In this document: one piece after another, positions 52,000 through 64,000 of the stretch
Position numbering within the stretch: the stretch's first letter is position 1
Layout: the number at the start of each line of letters is the position of its first letter
NCBI RefSeq assembly: GCF_006345805.1
Contig: NC_042997.1
Span: 159,960,001-160,024,000 of the forward strand
Direction of reading: 5' to 3'
DNA: 64,000 nucleotides
Origin: Octopus sinensis
Lineage: Eukaryota
The notes under the pieces: model-generated
The model's database searches: none
What the model was told of the DNA's origin: nothing
The model's input: the letters and a program-made list of their open reading frames with translations, nothing else
Position numbers and translations under genes: made by a program

Positions 52000-54900
52000 G
52001 TATTTGTACAAATTGACACAAAGTCTCAACCAGAGAATTTGAGCGACAACAAGTTAGAAGTTCATATTGGCATTATGCTTAAGGTGTCATATATTTGGTT
52101 TTGCACATAGTATTGTTCTAGAGAATGTTTAAGAAAACAAGAAAATTATATATTTGTTTTAAAATTTATGATGACATAGACAGTAATTTAGGTAGGATAT
52201 GAGCAGTTCCCATCTTTTGAATTTCTGCTATTTTGGGGTTTTCTGGTATCTGAGCTACGTCGGAATCAGCCACTTTTTGCTATCATTCCTAGGGCACCTA
52301 TGACAACTGGTATTTTTTGTAGTCTTCAGGTTCCACATTTTGTTAATTTCTATTTCAAGATCTTTATACTTGCTCAGTTTTTGGTGGATCTCGACATATA
52401 AATTTATGTCGATTTGTACAGTCATATCAACAAGGAAGCATGATTTTTATCTGAAGTCTATCAATAAAATGTCTGGCCTATTTGCATCTATCTTTCTGTC
52501 AGTTTGAATGATGAAGGTCCAGATGATTGAGATGTGAACCTTATCAAGCATTGTACGTGGGTTGCGTTCCCATCAGTTTTTATCATGGGGCAGGTGCAGG
52601 GTTTTGAAAATTTCCCAGAGAATATATTGTGCTGCTCTATCATGCCAGTTGAGATATTATGTAGGCGCAAGAAGACCGCACAGGGAGACAACATAATTAA
52701 TGGGTCCATTTTGTTGTCTTTCATAAGCAGTATTGTTGGGCTACTGCTGTCGTTCTTTAATAATGGCATAGTAGTTCCTTATAGGTCGGCATTGATCTTG
52801 GGCTTCTATGATAAAGCCGTCTGTTTCTATCTTTAATCCAGAAGACACTAGCCATTGATGGGTAAGGGCTTTGTCAACATTGCCACTATTAGCTCTCATT
52901 GTGTATTTTCCATTGAGTGTTTTTTCTTGCCATTTATCAGTAAGAATATCTAAGGCAGCAGTTTTACCAAGGGTTTTCATACGCATAGCTTTTTCTGTGC
53001 TTGTTTCCAGTACGTCTAATTCTAGGATTTGTTGTATTTGGAATTCATTTAGATATTCCTTGGCCTGTTTTGTTACTGAGTAATTATGCATTCTTGTTTT
53101 CATGCTTTAAAACAAGTTTTAACATCCAGTCAGCAGATTTTTTCAGGTAGGTGTCTAGGCCGACTGTGGCAATCTCCATTGTTAGTTCCAGTTGTAAAAA
53201 CCCAAGACCACCCTCTTTTCTTGCCAGGTAAAGTTGTTTAATATCTATCTTATTGTGAGTCATTCTATGCATTGTCAGCAATTTTCGTATTTTTCTGTCA
53301 AGATTATATATTCCAATAATTTATCAGTTGATGATTTTGAAACTGTAAGCCACGACCGGCATGGCTAAAGTATTGAACGCTTCGATTCTGTTTCTGGCAT
53401 TCAGCTCTGTCTTGAGTATTGCCCTTACCCTGCGATAACATTCTCTTCTGATACTTTCCCTCATTATTCAATGTTTGACTCCATCGCATTAAAATACCCC
53501 TAGCTATTTGTAGCCCCCCGCTGGGTCCAAATCCTTTACGACATTCAGCTGGTCAAGAATAACGTTTGATGTTTCTGTCATTTTCCCTTAGATAAAAGTA
53601 GCTTTTGCACATTTAGCGACCCCAGATCGCATCCTGATGTTATCACTGAATCGTTTACCAATCGCTATTAAGTTGTTGGTCAGTTTTTGCGAAGAGCTTT
53701 AAATCATCCATGTAAATGAGATGATTTATACTTTTATCAAACATTTTATAGCCGCATTGTACACCATCGAGTAATTTCGAGAGAGGTATTAAGTCTAGAC
53801 AAAAGAGTAGCTGTGATAGAGAGTTACCCTGTTACCCTGGAAAATGCCAAATGAATGTCTTACATCTCTAGCATTGAGAGATTCATTATCACTGTTTAAT
53901 GTCAGTGTGTTTCTCCATGATCTCATACAGACAAGACGTTTGGCAGAGTAGCTTCTATTTTATACATTTCCAGACATTTCTTAATCCAGCTATGTGGTAG
54001 ACTATTAAAAGATTTTTATAGTCTACCCACACTATCGACAAGTTTTTGTGTCGTTTGTGACAGTCGTTCATCTCATTGATGAGTAGCTGATCTTTATAAC
54101 CATAAAACAAACATTTAAATCCTTTTTGCCCATTAGGTAATATACCACTTTATATTAAAAGACTATAGGTATATTGAGTCAAGACAGATGTTAGTATTTT
54201 ATACATTATTGTTAAGCAGGTGATGAGTCAATAATGTTTTGGTTCATTTGTTTCTTCATTTTTTAGTAATGTGAATGTTATACCATTAACTAACCAAGAG
54301 GGGATCATACTAGGTTGTTTCAAAACATTGTTGTAAAGTTTTGTTAGCAATTCATAGCTCTCTGGAAAGGCATTCAGCCAGAGCTTAGGAATTTTATCCT
54401 TTCCTGGAGATTTCCATTTGCTTAACTTCCTAAGAGCAGATCTTACATCTTCTGCCTTGATACCCTCCCACTTTTACTCTTCTAATGAGTCTAAGTCTGC
54501 AGATATTCTATCAATCTAAAGGGACTTTTCACTGTGTGATTCTTCTGCTGCACTTCTTCTTTTGATGGGACAGACTTTACTGTAACTGGTGCTTTCCCTA
54601 TCTTTCTATAAAACTGTTTTGGGTTATTTTGAAACATGTTGTTGTCCAAGAAGAATCTAGGCTTTTTGTGGGAATGTTGTCGTTTTCTAATCTTTTGACC
54701 ACATAGAATCGTTGAAATTTTCGCGGATGCATAGTACAGGTGGTTGAATCTGTAATATGAACATCATTGGCTAAAAGTAAATCCTTAGGTGCAACAATTC
54801 CTTTCAGTTTTTGGTTAGATTTGCGAATTATTGGGAGAGTGTCACATTCATTCATGCTGTTTTTTAAAGTTTTCAGCCATTCAATCATGATTTGATATTT

Positions 54901-55860
54901 TATATCATGTAGTTCTGTTGGGTCAATTTCTGTATGACTTTGTTCATCTATTTGATTTTCATCTGCCTTAGTGTTTATGGTTGTTTCAGAAAGTAATTCA
55001 CTTTGCGTACATTAACTCTTTCAATCATTACGGCATTTTTATCAAACCTGGACTGGTCTATAATTATTTCCTCTGTAGTATCTTCTCTGGCTGCATTTTC
55101 GTTGCCTTTATCCCTCATTGATTGCTTCTTTTTTTCAATCTCTAATTCAATTAGTAATTTCCTTTTTCTGCCAATGTTGGCAAATTTGTTACAGCCTATA
55201 TATAGGGTCTTACTTCTAGCTGCTTCCGTCTCCCCCTTAGGTAGGTTTGTTTAGTATTAGATATATTTGCATGATAGAAGGCCTTAAGAATTCTTTATTA
55301 TCTCTCCTAGAACATTTTGCATTCTTTTTCTTTTGGTTATTAAATGACGAGCGTGGATGGCCATCTGTTGGAATATTCCAGTTGTGAGGTACTTCCATCG
55401 TCTGTGTTTCGGAAGATTTGAACCAGTAGCTGATTTTAATATTCGATCTGGTTCCTCACTGGGTTACACGACCCTTGTTTATACGGGTGAAGGCGGATCT
55501 GGTGTGTATTTTACTTTATTATCATTGTAGCATGACGAGCTTGGACGTCGACATTAGGAAGCAGATATGTCTGTTTAGGGATTAATTTTTTGAGACAACA
55601 CCGCCTCCGAGTTCTTTGAATGAAAACATTGCTCGTAACGTAGCTTCTTTAGCATAACATATCTGGTTACATCTGTATTGTTTTTGTTGATAGATTTATC
55701 TCCGGACACAGTTTTTTGTGGTGTTTTTAAATATATGAAATATATGAACTAACTCTCTCTGTCTTAGTTCGAAAAATAAAATAAAAAATGTATGTCTTTT
55801 TGCTTCGTTTGTGACTCGTCCTTTCATATGCATGTATGTGTCCTGTAAATTTCACACAGT
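52000..55860 (-). mobile_element. Decayed near full-length family B (mirror of 15115-19225)
   Basis: ORF fragments 52741-53281 and 54598-55254 match their left-arm counterparts. Confidence 0.85.
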
Positions 55861-56044
55861 TGTATAAACATTGGTGTATATGTGTAGTCCTATGGGTATT
55901 AAAATGTATATATGATTGTGTAGACATTCGTGTGTATCCGCAATTAATCAATTTGCGTACTTATTGATTTGTTCCACTTATATATTTAATAATTTCTAAA
56001 CTTTCCGAAGTTGATTTACCATGAGTTTATCGCACATGTTTCAC

Positions 56045-56054
56045 ACCATCGTCG

Positions 56055-56110
<56 letters not shown>

Positions 56111-56325
56111 GTCATCATCATCATCGTCATCATCATCATCACCATCATCAACATCATCCCCATCATCACCATCATCACCATCATCACCATCATCACCATC
56201 ATCACCATCATCATCATCATCATCATCATTATCATCATCACCATCATCATCATCATCATCACCATCACCATCATCTACATCATCACCATCATCACCATCA
56301 TCACCATCATCACCATCATCACCAC

Positions 56326-56360
<35 letters not shown>

Positions 56361-56550
56361 ACATCACCATCATCAACATCATCATCATCATCAACAGCAT
56401 CCCCATCATCACCATCATCACCATCATCACCATCATCACCATCATCACCGTCATCATCATCATCAGCAGCAGCAGCAGCAGCATCAGCATCATCATCATC
56501 AGCATCATCATCATCATCATAATCATCATCAGCAGCAGCAGCATCACTTG

Positions 56551-56631
<81 letters not shown>

Positions 56632-56700
56632 CACCATCATCACCATCATCACCATCATCACCATCATCATCATCATCGTCATCGTCATCGTCATCATCAA

Positions 56701-56733
<33 letters not shown>
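56045..56733 (+). repeat. ~690-bp compound (CAT)n/(CATCATCAC)n/(CAG)n microsatellite
   Basis: Seen directly. It has the same unique flanks as the (AAT)n array at 14742-14918. Confidence 0.95.
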
Positions 56734-58154
56734 TTACTTTGAATATGCATGTTTGTTACTATCACTTGCTGAGACATACCCACAATCCTAGGGTGAATGA
56801 AGGATAAGAGATGTTACAATATGAATGAAAGCTTGGAGAGGGGAAGTGGCAGGGGCACTAAACAATATCTTCATGTAATACAACACAAACATTTAAATTC
56901 ATAGGGTCTTTCTAAGGATGTAAGCTGTACTTAGCATAATCTTTCAGATATCTCTGAGACATGGTTCTCTTGGGATAATATCTAGATATCTCTCCCATCC
57001 CTTTCTTATCATACCTAGGGCACCCACAATTACAGGAAGAGTTCTTGCTTTAAGATGCCATATCTTTTGTACTTTAATTTCCAGGTCCTTATATTTACTT
57101 AATTTTTAAATTCTTTTACATACATATTTACATCCGTGGGAACCCTTACATCTATTAGTCTACAAGTATTTTCGTCCTAGTCTTTAATGACTATGATTGG
57201 TGGATTAGTCGCTATTGACTGAAAACTCGCTGACGATAGTGACGTTTCTACTTTCAACGACTGACTCAGGATGATGTTGCTACCAACAAGCAGGACTGCC
57301 GCTTTTGTAGTATTTACACATTTTCTAGTGTAAATACTGTCCTACACTATCGTGATGATTTATGTATTCGCTTGGTGTCAGCACAGGACATCCCGAGACG
57401 ACATGGTCTATCGTTTCATCAAATTTATCGCAGAATGTGCATTTAGAGTCAGCACTGTTTTGAAGAACGTTAGATTTTGGTAAGCATGCTTTAACATTGT
57501 GTCGCTAATATGAAACCACCTGTTTCTGTTTTCAGTCCTGAACTTCTCCTGAACCCAACTGATGGGTTGTTACTTGGTCTACATCAGCATTTCGGCTTCA
57601 AATTATATACTGTCCATGCAGAGGCTTTGTTTGCGCCACTGCTCCTAAATCTGTTTCCACCCGTTCTTTTTTGCAGTCTGTTTGATCCATTTTGCTTATT
57701 TGGTAGCAGTGGTTCCAAGTTCTTCACCCAATTCAGGATTAATTCGAATTTGAAAATTTGCAAGCTTCGACAATAGAATGTGATTTTTTGCTGCTTTCGT
57801 ATACGTACGCTAGCCGCAGTATCCAGTCCTCTGTACTTGGTAAGTACTGGTTCATTGCTGTTGTGGAGGACTTATAGCACAGTTCTACATGCATCATTTC
57901 TCTTCCCCCATTTCTTCTAGGTAGGGACAGACGATCAACGTCTGCTTCCAGGTGGCGCATATTTTTAGATGTTAGGAGTTTCCTTTTCTTATTGTCCAGG
58001 CAATGGAGTTCTGCAACATTCCTTTTAATGATGTTAAAACTGTACTGGACTACTGGAAGTGCCAGGATGTTAATGGCTTCCATGGAAGTTTTGGAGTTGA
58101 ATTTTAGTATGAGTTTTGTTATTGTTGTTGTTGTTATTATTATTATTATTATTA

Positions 58155-58200
<46 letters not shown>

Positions 58201-59020
58201 CATTATTTGTTTGACTTTTGCTTTGTATTCGTACAAGTTGATTCCAAGTCTCACCCAGAGACCTCACGAGAGAGCAAGTTAGAAGTTCATGTTAAGAGTT
58301 ATGCCTAGGTTGTCATACATTTGATTTTGTACATGGTGTAGTTCTAGAGAATGTTTTATAGGTTTGTTTTAAATTTGAGATTACATAGACAGTATTTTGC
58401 GAAGGATGTGAACAGTTCCCATGAGCATTATCATTGTAATTTCTGCAATTTTAGCGTTTTCTGGTATCTGAGCTATGTAGAAATCAGCTACTTTTGTTAT
58501 TAATATGACAACACATTTCTGTTAGTCGTGAGGTCCCGTAATTCAGCAATTTCCCTTTCAAGATATTTATAATTGCCCAGTTTTGGGTTGGTCTTGACAA
58601 ATACATTTATGTCGATTGGGACAGTCATATCAATGTCTGAAGCGTTTCAATATATTGTCTGGCCTATTCACGTCTATCTTTCTGTCAATTTGAATGAAGT
58701 ACCAGAGCATTGAGATGTGATCATTTTCAAGCACTAGAGGTGGTTTGTGTTCCCACCAGTTTTTATCATGGGGTAGGTCCAAGTTTTTGCAAATTAGCCA
58801 TTGAATATATCGTACTGCTCTATCATGCCTATTGAGACACATTGTAGGCGCACAAAGAGACAACATGATCAATGGTTTCAGTTCGTTGTTTTCATCAATG
58901 GTTTCCTTTTGTTACTTTGAAAAAGGGATTCATTTTGTTGTTTTGAATAATGCTTTCATTATGTTGTTTTGATCAATTGTCTCCTTTTGTTGTCTTGATC
59001 AATGGTTCCATTTTGTTGTG

Positions 59021-59074
<54 letters not shown>

Positions 59075-59078
59075 GTTA

Positions 59079-59136
<58 letters not shown>

Positions 59137-59657
59137 AATTATTATCATAATTATTATTATTCAGTATTTTTATTTTTATAACGTGCTTTCATTTCACTTC
59201 CGAGCACAGCTCTGTGTGCCTTGGGTATATGCAGTGGTTTTCTGTGATGCTCTTATGGTTACTGTATCGAAAGTGATTTGCGTAGGATGTGTGCAGTGCC
59301 CAGTAGTGCAACATACTGTACGTTATATAAATGTGTAAGTCCTGGTGTTTTTGTTATATATTTGTCTGGATAATTTTTATCATACCTAATGCGCTCACTA
59401 ATATAGGAATTGTTTCTGTTTTTAGATTTCACATTCGAGTTACCTCTATTTCCAGATCTTCGCATTTCTAAAGTTCTCCATTTCTTTTAGAGAATCGTTG
59501 TCATCTTCTGGTAGTGATACATCAAAAAGAAAGCATTTTTAGCGTCATGATCTCTGACAAACATATCTGGCATATTGGCCTTAATTTCTCTATCTGTGTG
59601 TATTGGCATATGCCAGAGTATGGTTGCTTTCTCGTTTTCTGTGACGTTTCTGTGACC

Positions 59658-59720
<63 letters not shown>

Positions 59721-61559
59721 AAGGAGGAAGAGGAGGAGGAGGAGAAGGAGAAGAAGAAGGCTTGAGAATCAAATTGTGCAGCTCAAAAGAGTTTTAGGAT
59801 GGATAAATACAATGATAAAAAGGAGAGGTTGAAAGAAAGGCTCAGGAAAGGACGGCAGAGAATCAGCAAAAGTCATAAGGGACAGTAAACAGTTAGAGAA
59901 CGAGAACAAAGAAACCAAATCAGAGAAGGAGAAAAAATTATAGATGCCAACAGAGAACACATCAGTGACAGAAGAATAGGCTCTTCAAGAACAATGGAAG
60001 AAAAATTCTATAAAACAACTGAACAAAGTTAAATGAATTAGGGAAACAATATGTCAGATGCTGAAACAGCAAGAAAATTCTATTAAGGGATTTTAAGGAG
60101 AAATGGAAGATATAAGGACACAAGCAAATATAAATATCACGGATAAGAAACTAAAGAGCATGTTGAAGAAAATTCCAAACTGGAAATACCCTGGGACATA
60201 TGGTGTCCGTTGTTTCTGGCTCAATACTTTCCAAGTATACACACCTATATACGACCATTTTTTACTCATTGCATGAAAAAATGGAACACCAGCATGGATG
60301 ACAAAATGAAGGAGAGTACTGATCTAGAATGACTACGAAAAGAGAGGGGAAGTCAGCAATTATTGACCTATTATTTGCTTACCACTATTCAGGAAAGAAA
60401 CATTAAGCGGCCTCACACCAGATGAAGCATATAATTAAAGGTGGATCTATTGTCAAAGGAGCAAAGAGAATGTAGAAAGAAATCAAGTTTAACTGTTGAT
60501 CTAAGGAATACAAAGATGGGACCAGAAAGCAACACATACAGAGAGCTAGATGATACAAAAAGGGACAACAAAACATCCAGATAGATGATACAAAAAACGG
60601 ACAAGAAAAAACGGGTTGCTCGGAGTTTTCTTTCCTTAGTCGAGTTCCAAATTATCTTTGCAATTTCGGCTGGATATACTCGAGATTGCTCCAATCTGGC
60701 CAGCTCCAAGGAAAAACTAAGCTAAGAGCACTAGATTTCTTGGAAGAAAGCAGCGAATGTATACGAAAACAAGGACGGAAAAGAAGGGAGAAATGGTACA
60801 CAAATACAAATGCAAATAACAGGTCATTAACAACAGGTGTCTTTCGACTAAGGAGGAATTAAATTAAGCTGGCGTGTGTGGAAGTGAAGCTTTACGGCAA
60901 GGATGTAAGAGACGACAAAAATGAGGAGTAATATAGATGTTGCACGGATGGTAGTCGAACCAAGAAAGAAAGATCAGGCTTAGCCAAACACCGGTAACGT
61001 GGAGAGAAAGGGGAGAGGTAGAGGTAGAGGGATAGAAGAATTAGGGAAGGACGACAAAAAAACGGAAAGCGACAGAGCGAATTGAAAGAGGAGGGAATGT
61101 GAGGATGAAGAGAAAGCCAGGAAATGTGAGAGAAGGGGAACGAAAGAAAGAAGACGTGGAAAGAACAAAGTAATTGAGAAGGGGCTGATAAAAAGAAGGA
61201 ACGAATGAAAGAATAAGAGAGTCGTAATATATATATATATATAGTGAGTGTGTGTGTGCATACTTACATATAAGAGACCAAAGTGTACGTACGCTGCCAT
61301 ATGTATGTAAAAAGGAATACAAAAGATGAAGCAGGCACGCACACATCCCGACAGATGATAAAACAGGGCAAGAGGATAAAAAGCGGGAGTTTTCTTTCCT
61401 CAGTCGAGTTCCAGATTATCTTTGCAATTTCGGCTGGTTATACTCGAGTTTACTCCAATCTATCCAGCCCCAAGGAAAAACTAAGCAAAGATCACTAGAT
61501 TCCTTGGAAGAAAGCAGTGAATGTATATCGATAGATAGGTAGATAGATATATTGTATTG

Positions 61560-62980
61560 GTAGAATATTAAATAAAATATGAGTGAGAATAGGGATTTAG
61601 ATGTTGCATAGATACATTACAGGTAGGCTTAGAATATTATCCCTCACAGCTGGCTCTTGGAATGTCATAGGTCACTTGAATAAACAACTTTTTGGAAAAA
61701 GCAATGCGAGTATGGGAGGTAGAACTGACATATACAAATGAATCGCAAAGAAACGTGAAAATACGCAGGGTCATTTTCCATGGAGACTCATTCTCTCCTT
61801 TACTCTTCCTCATTATGTAAATTCCACTGAAAGTATACTGAGAAAATCCAGTCCCGCTCACGAAAACTAAGATGAAAATAAACCACTTTAAATGGATGAT
61901 CTCTAGCTATATACAGAAAATTAGTAAGATCTGGATTACTTTTACCCAAACACAGTAAATATAATGGAATGCAGTTTGCTATAGATAAATGCTCGGTGCT
62001 AATTGCTACCAGAAAAGTTCATTACATCACTGTGGAATAATGAGAGACATAAATAACTAAGAATACAGTAAGACGATAGGGTGATGGAAGGACAAATGAG
62101 AAAGTCTCGAAAGAGTGAAAGATGAGAATTAGGAAAAAAGTACCCATGTAATTTCAAATTTCTTGAGCATATGTCATTGAGGAATACGAATCTTTAATTA
62201 TATCACTCTAATGGAGTACTATCTGTAGATAATATGAACGTCAACTGTGTTATTTTCAATGGTAACTCACTCTCACCTCTAATTTTGTGCAAGAATTTGC
62301 TATTGATCACATACATGATGCCCAGGTTGTTACAAAAAATGTGAGATTAGTTGAAAAACAAAAAGCATGAGTAGTCGGCTTATATGTGGGAGCAGAAACC
62401 ACACCATGACAAATATGTGACACATAGCAAAGAAGCAGCTGTTGACCAGAAGCTACCCATTAGTGGCTACGAAGCTCAGGGCTAAAAGTAGAGAGCAAGG
62501 CTTCCTCTTAGCTACTCAAGATCAAAGCATATTGGCCCGGTACTACAGACCCAATGCGATGTAAAATGGAGTAGATTCAAAATGCTGATTCTGCAAGGAT
62601 GTGATTGAAACAGTTGACTAGCTAAGCTCTGGATGTAGTCTCAGCACCAGTAGAGTATAAATCAGGACATAACAGAATTGGTCAATATCTACATTGGTTG
62701 ATATGTCGGCATAATAAAATTAAAACTGCTGACAAGTGGTATAATCCCCACCCTGAAGTTGTTACTAAGGTAAAAAAAAAAAATGTAACGATACTTGGGG
62801 ACTTTCCATTATATACAGACCGAACCATCGTACCTAATAAAGCGGATATTATAGAAGAAAAAAACAATTATGTCTGTTTATTGATCGACATGAGTATTCC
62901 CTGTGATAATATCTCGGAAAAAGAATACGCAAAGCTCAGAAAATATAAAGGTTTGCTCATTGAAATTGAAAATATAGTAT
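61560..62980 (+). mobile_element. Old R4-type RT/RLE fragments (mirror of 7085-8520)
   Basis: Degenerate PHSWL, GDSFSPL, MDDL.LY, MQFAIDKC and PNKADII..LLIDMSIP motifs. Confidence 0.75.
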
Positions 62981-63149
62981 TTCAAAGCGGTTACCTTCGA
63001 ACGACTTTTCCAAGCATTTTGGCATTTAAACCTTGTTGCCACTCTAATTTAATAAGAAGCACGTATTATTTTAGAGAGAGAGAGAGAAGTTGGTCATATA
63101 AACGTTATGTAATAATATGATATTAGGAATAAATATGAATTGCGTTCCA

Positions 63150-63351
63150 TCCGTAGATTATTCTTCCATTTATTAAATTTTGTTTAAAAACAAGTTACTT
63201 CGGGGAGACCTAGCATTTTTCCAAATAGACATACTGGGAGAGACATTGATTTAAACCAGTGTTCCGCACAATACAAACCGAAAGGTAGCCCTTATGTGGT
63301 TGGTAGACGTCTTAGAAATAACAACTAAATCGCTTTCAATCAAGCATCCTG
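63150..63351 (-). pseudogene. Candidate second exon: Cys-rich, sushi/CCP-like, frameshifted
   Basis: Branch-like CCTAAC, pyrimidine tract and ACAG acceptor at 63352. A phase-1 join gives ..LQA-PGCLIESD..ATFRFV, and a 1-nt shift continues CAEHWFKSMSLPVCLFGKMLGLPEVTCF* (TAA at 63184-63186). The sushi Trp is missing and no clear donor was found. Confidence 0.4.
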
Positions 63352-63647
63352 CTGTCTTAGGAAAAATGACGAGGTTAGGCAGATATACATTACAGATTTA
63401 AGATAAGATGACATGACTACCTATTAAATGATTATAAGAATAATTATTTCAGGACATGCGTAATGTGATCCAAAATGAACCTTTACGTCGTTGCTTGACC
63501 GATAAAAAATGGCAGCAGTCCGATAACATCTTCAATAAGAAAAAGACACACATGTAAGACGCTTTTCCTACAAGTGTGTTTATCAAGGGTTGAAAGAAAA
63601 TTAGTATTACGCACAACACACACAGTAGTAAGATCTGGATTACTCAC

Positions 63648-63980
63648 GGGCTTGTAACAGGATGTAAATACTGTTTGCAGGAATATCAATGAATGATGAG
63701 GCACCAGGTAGTTGCTTGATTTTACGCAGGATACATACTTTCTCGGAAACGCTGTAAATAATCATACCACATTCGGAATATGTCGCACAAAGAGACAAGC
63801 ACTCAGTTTGTGATTGGCTGTTTGACATCTTAATCAACTTGTCAGCTTCTGGAATGGCAGTTACAGGTGGTGGAACATGAATTCCATAATATTCTCTGCA
63901 GGCTACATTACTGTCCACGCATACAAATAGCACTGAGAATGTAATTACGTGAAGATTTCCTCTTCGAATATCGTGACTCA
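63648..63980 (-). CDS. Intact internal exon: signal peptide plus PAN/apple-like domain of a secreted protein
   Basis: Acceptor TACTTCCCAG| at 63981 and donor |GTGAGT at 63647 bound 333 nt, phase 1-1, with no stops. A hydrophobic stretch LHVITFSVLFVCV is followed by ECLSLCATYSECGMIIYSVSEKVCIL (C-x3-C-x5-C-x11-C). Confidence 0.65.
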
Positions 63981-64000
63981 CTGGGAAGTAATTAGCACTT

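Noticed and set aside
56011-56791. 243-aa poly-His ORF and overlapping poly-Ile/poly-Met ORFs
   Set aside because: They are translations of the (CAT)n array. The mirror locus is (AAT)n, so no peptide is conserved.
61941-62030. Apparent terminal exon for the PAN gene (TCTCTCATTATTCCACAG|TG ATG TAA)
   Set aside because: The region is the antisense strand of a degenerate R4 RT (MDDL.LY, MQFAIDKC), so the acceptor-like sequence is probably incidental.

Overview
AT-rich eukaryotic DNA, most likely an octopus-type cephalopod; this is my recognition of the SINE and microsatellite landscape, not a search result. There is one 100-N gap (5403-5502), and no prokaryotic system, CRISPR array, rRNA or true tRNA gene is supportable. 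Almost the whole window is a nested pile of dead retrotransposons. At least five R4/Dong-type RLE non-LTR families (working labels A, B, C, E, F) sit in (AAT)n arrays, a Tx1-like LINE sits in (TC)n, and there are also a CR1 fragment, two tRNA-derived SINE families, a hAT-like transposase fragment, a Merlin-like MITE and a ~550-bp non-coding AAT-associated element. The dominant large-scale structure is an inverted segmental duplication: 6215-24292 mirrors 45461-64000 and beyond (arms ~18 kb, spacer ~21 kb). Each arm has since gained its own insertions, so filled and empty target sites can be compared directly. The only host-gene signal lies at the outer ends of the arms and points inward: an intact 333-nt phase 1-1 exon encoding a signal peptide plus PAN/apple-like domain (63648-63980, minus strand), followed by a damaged Cys-rich, sushi-like exon, with a broken mirror copy at 6235-6930. 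The spacer holds a 2.45-kb-period tandem array of Dong copies with a readable unequal-crossover signature. Nearly all short ORFs in the track are microsatellite or antisense-TE artefacts.
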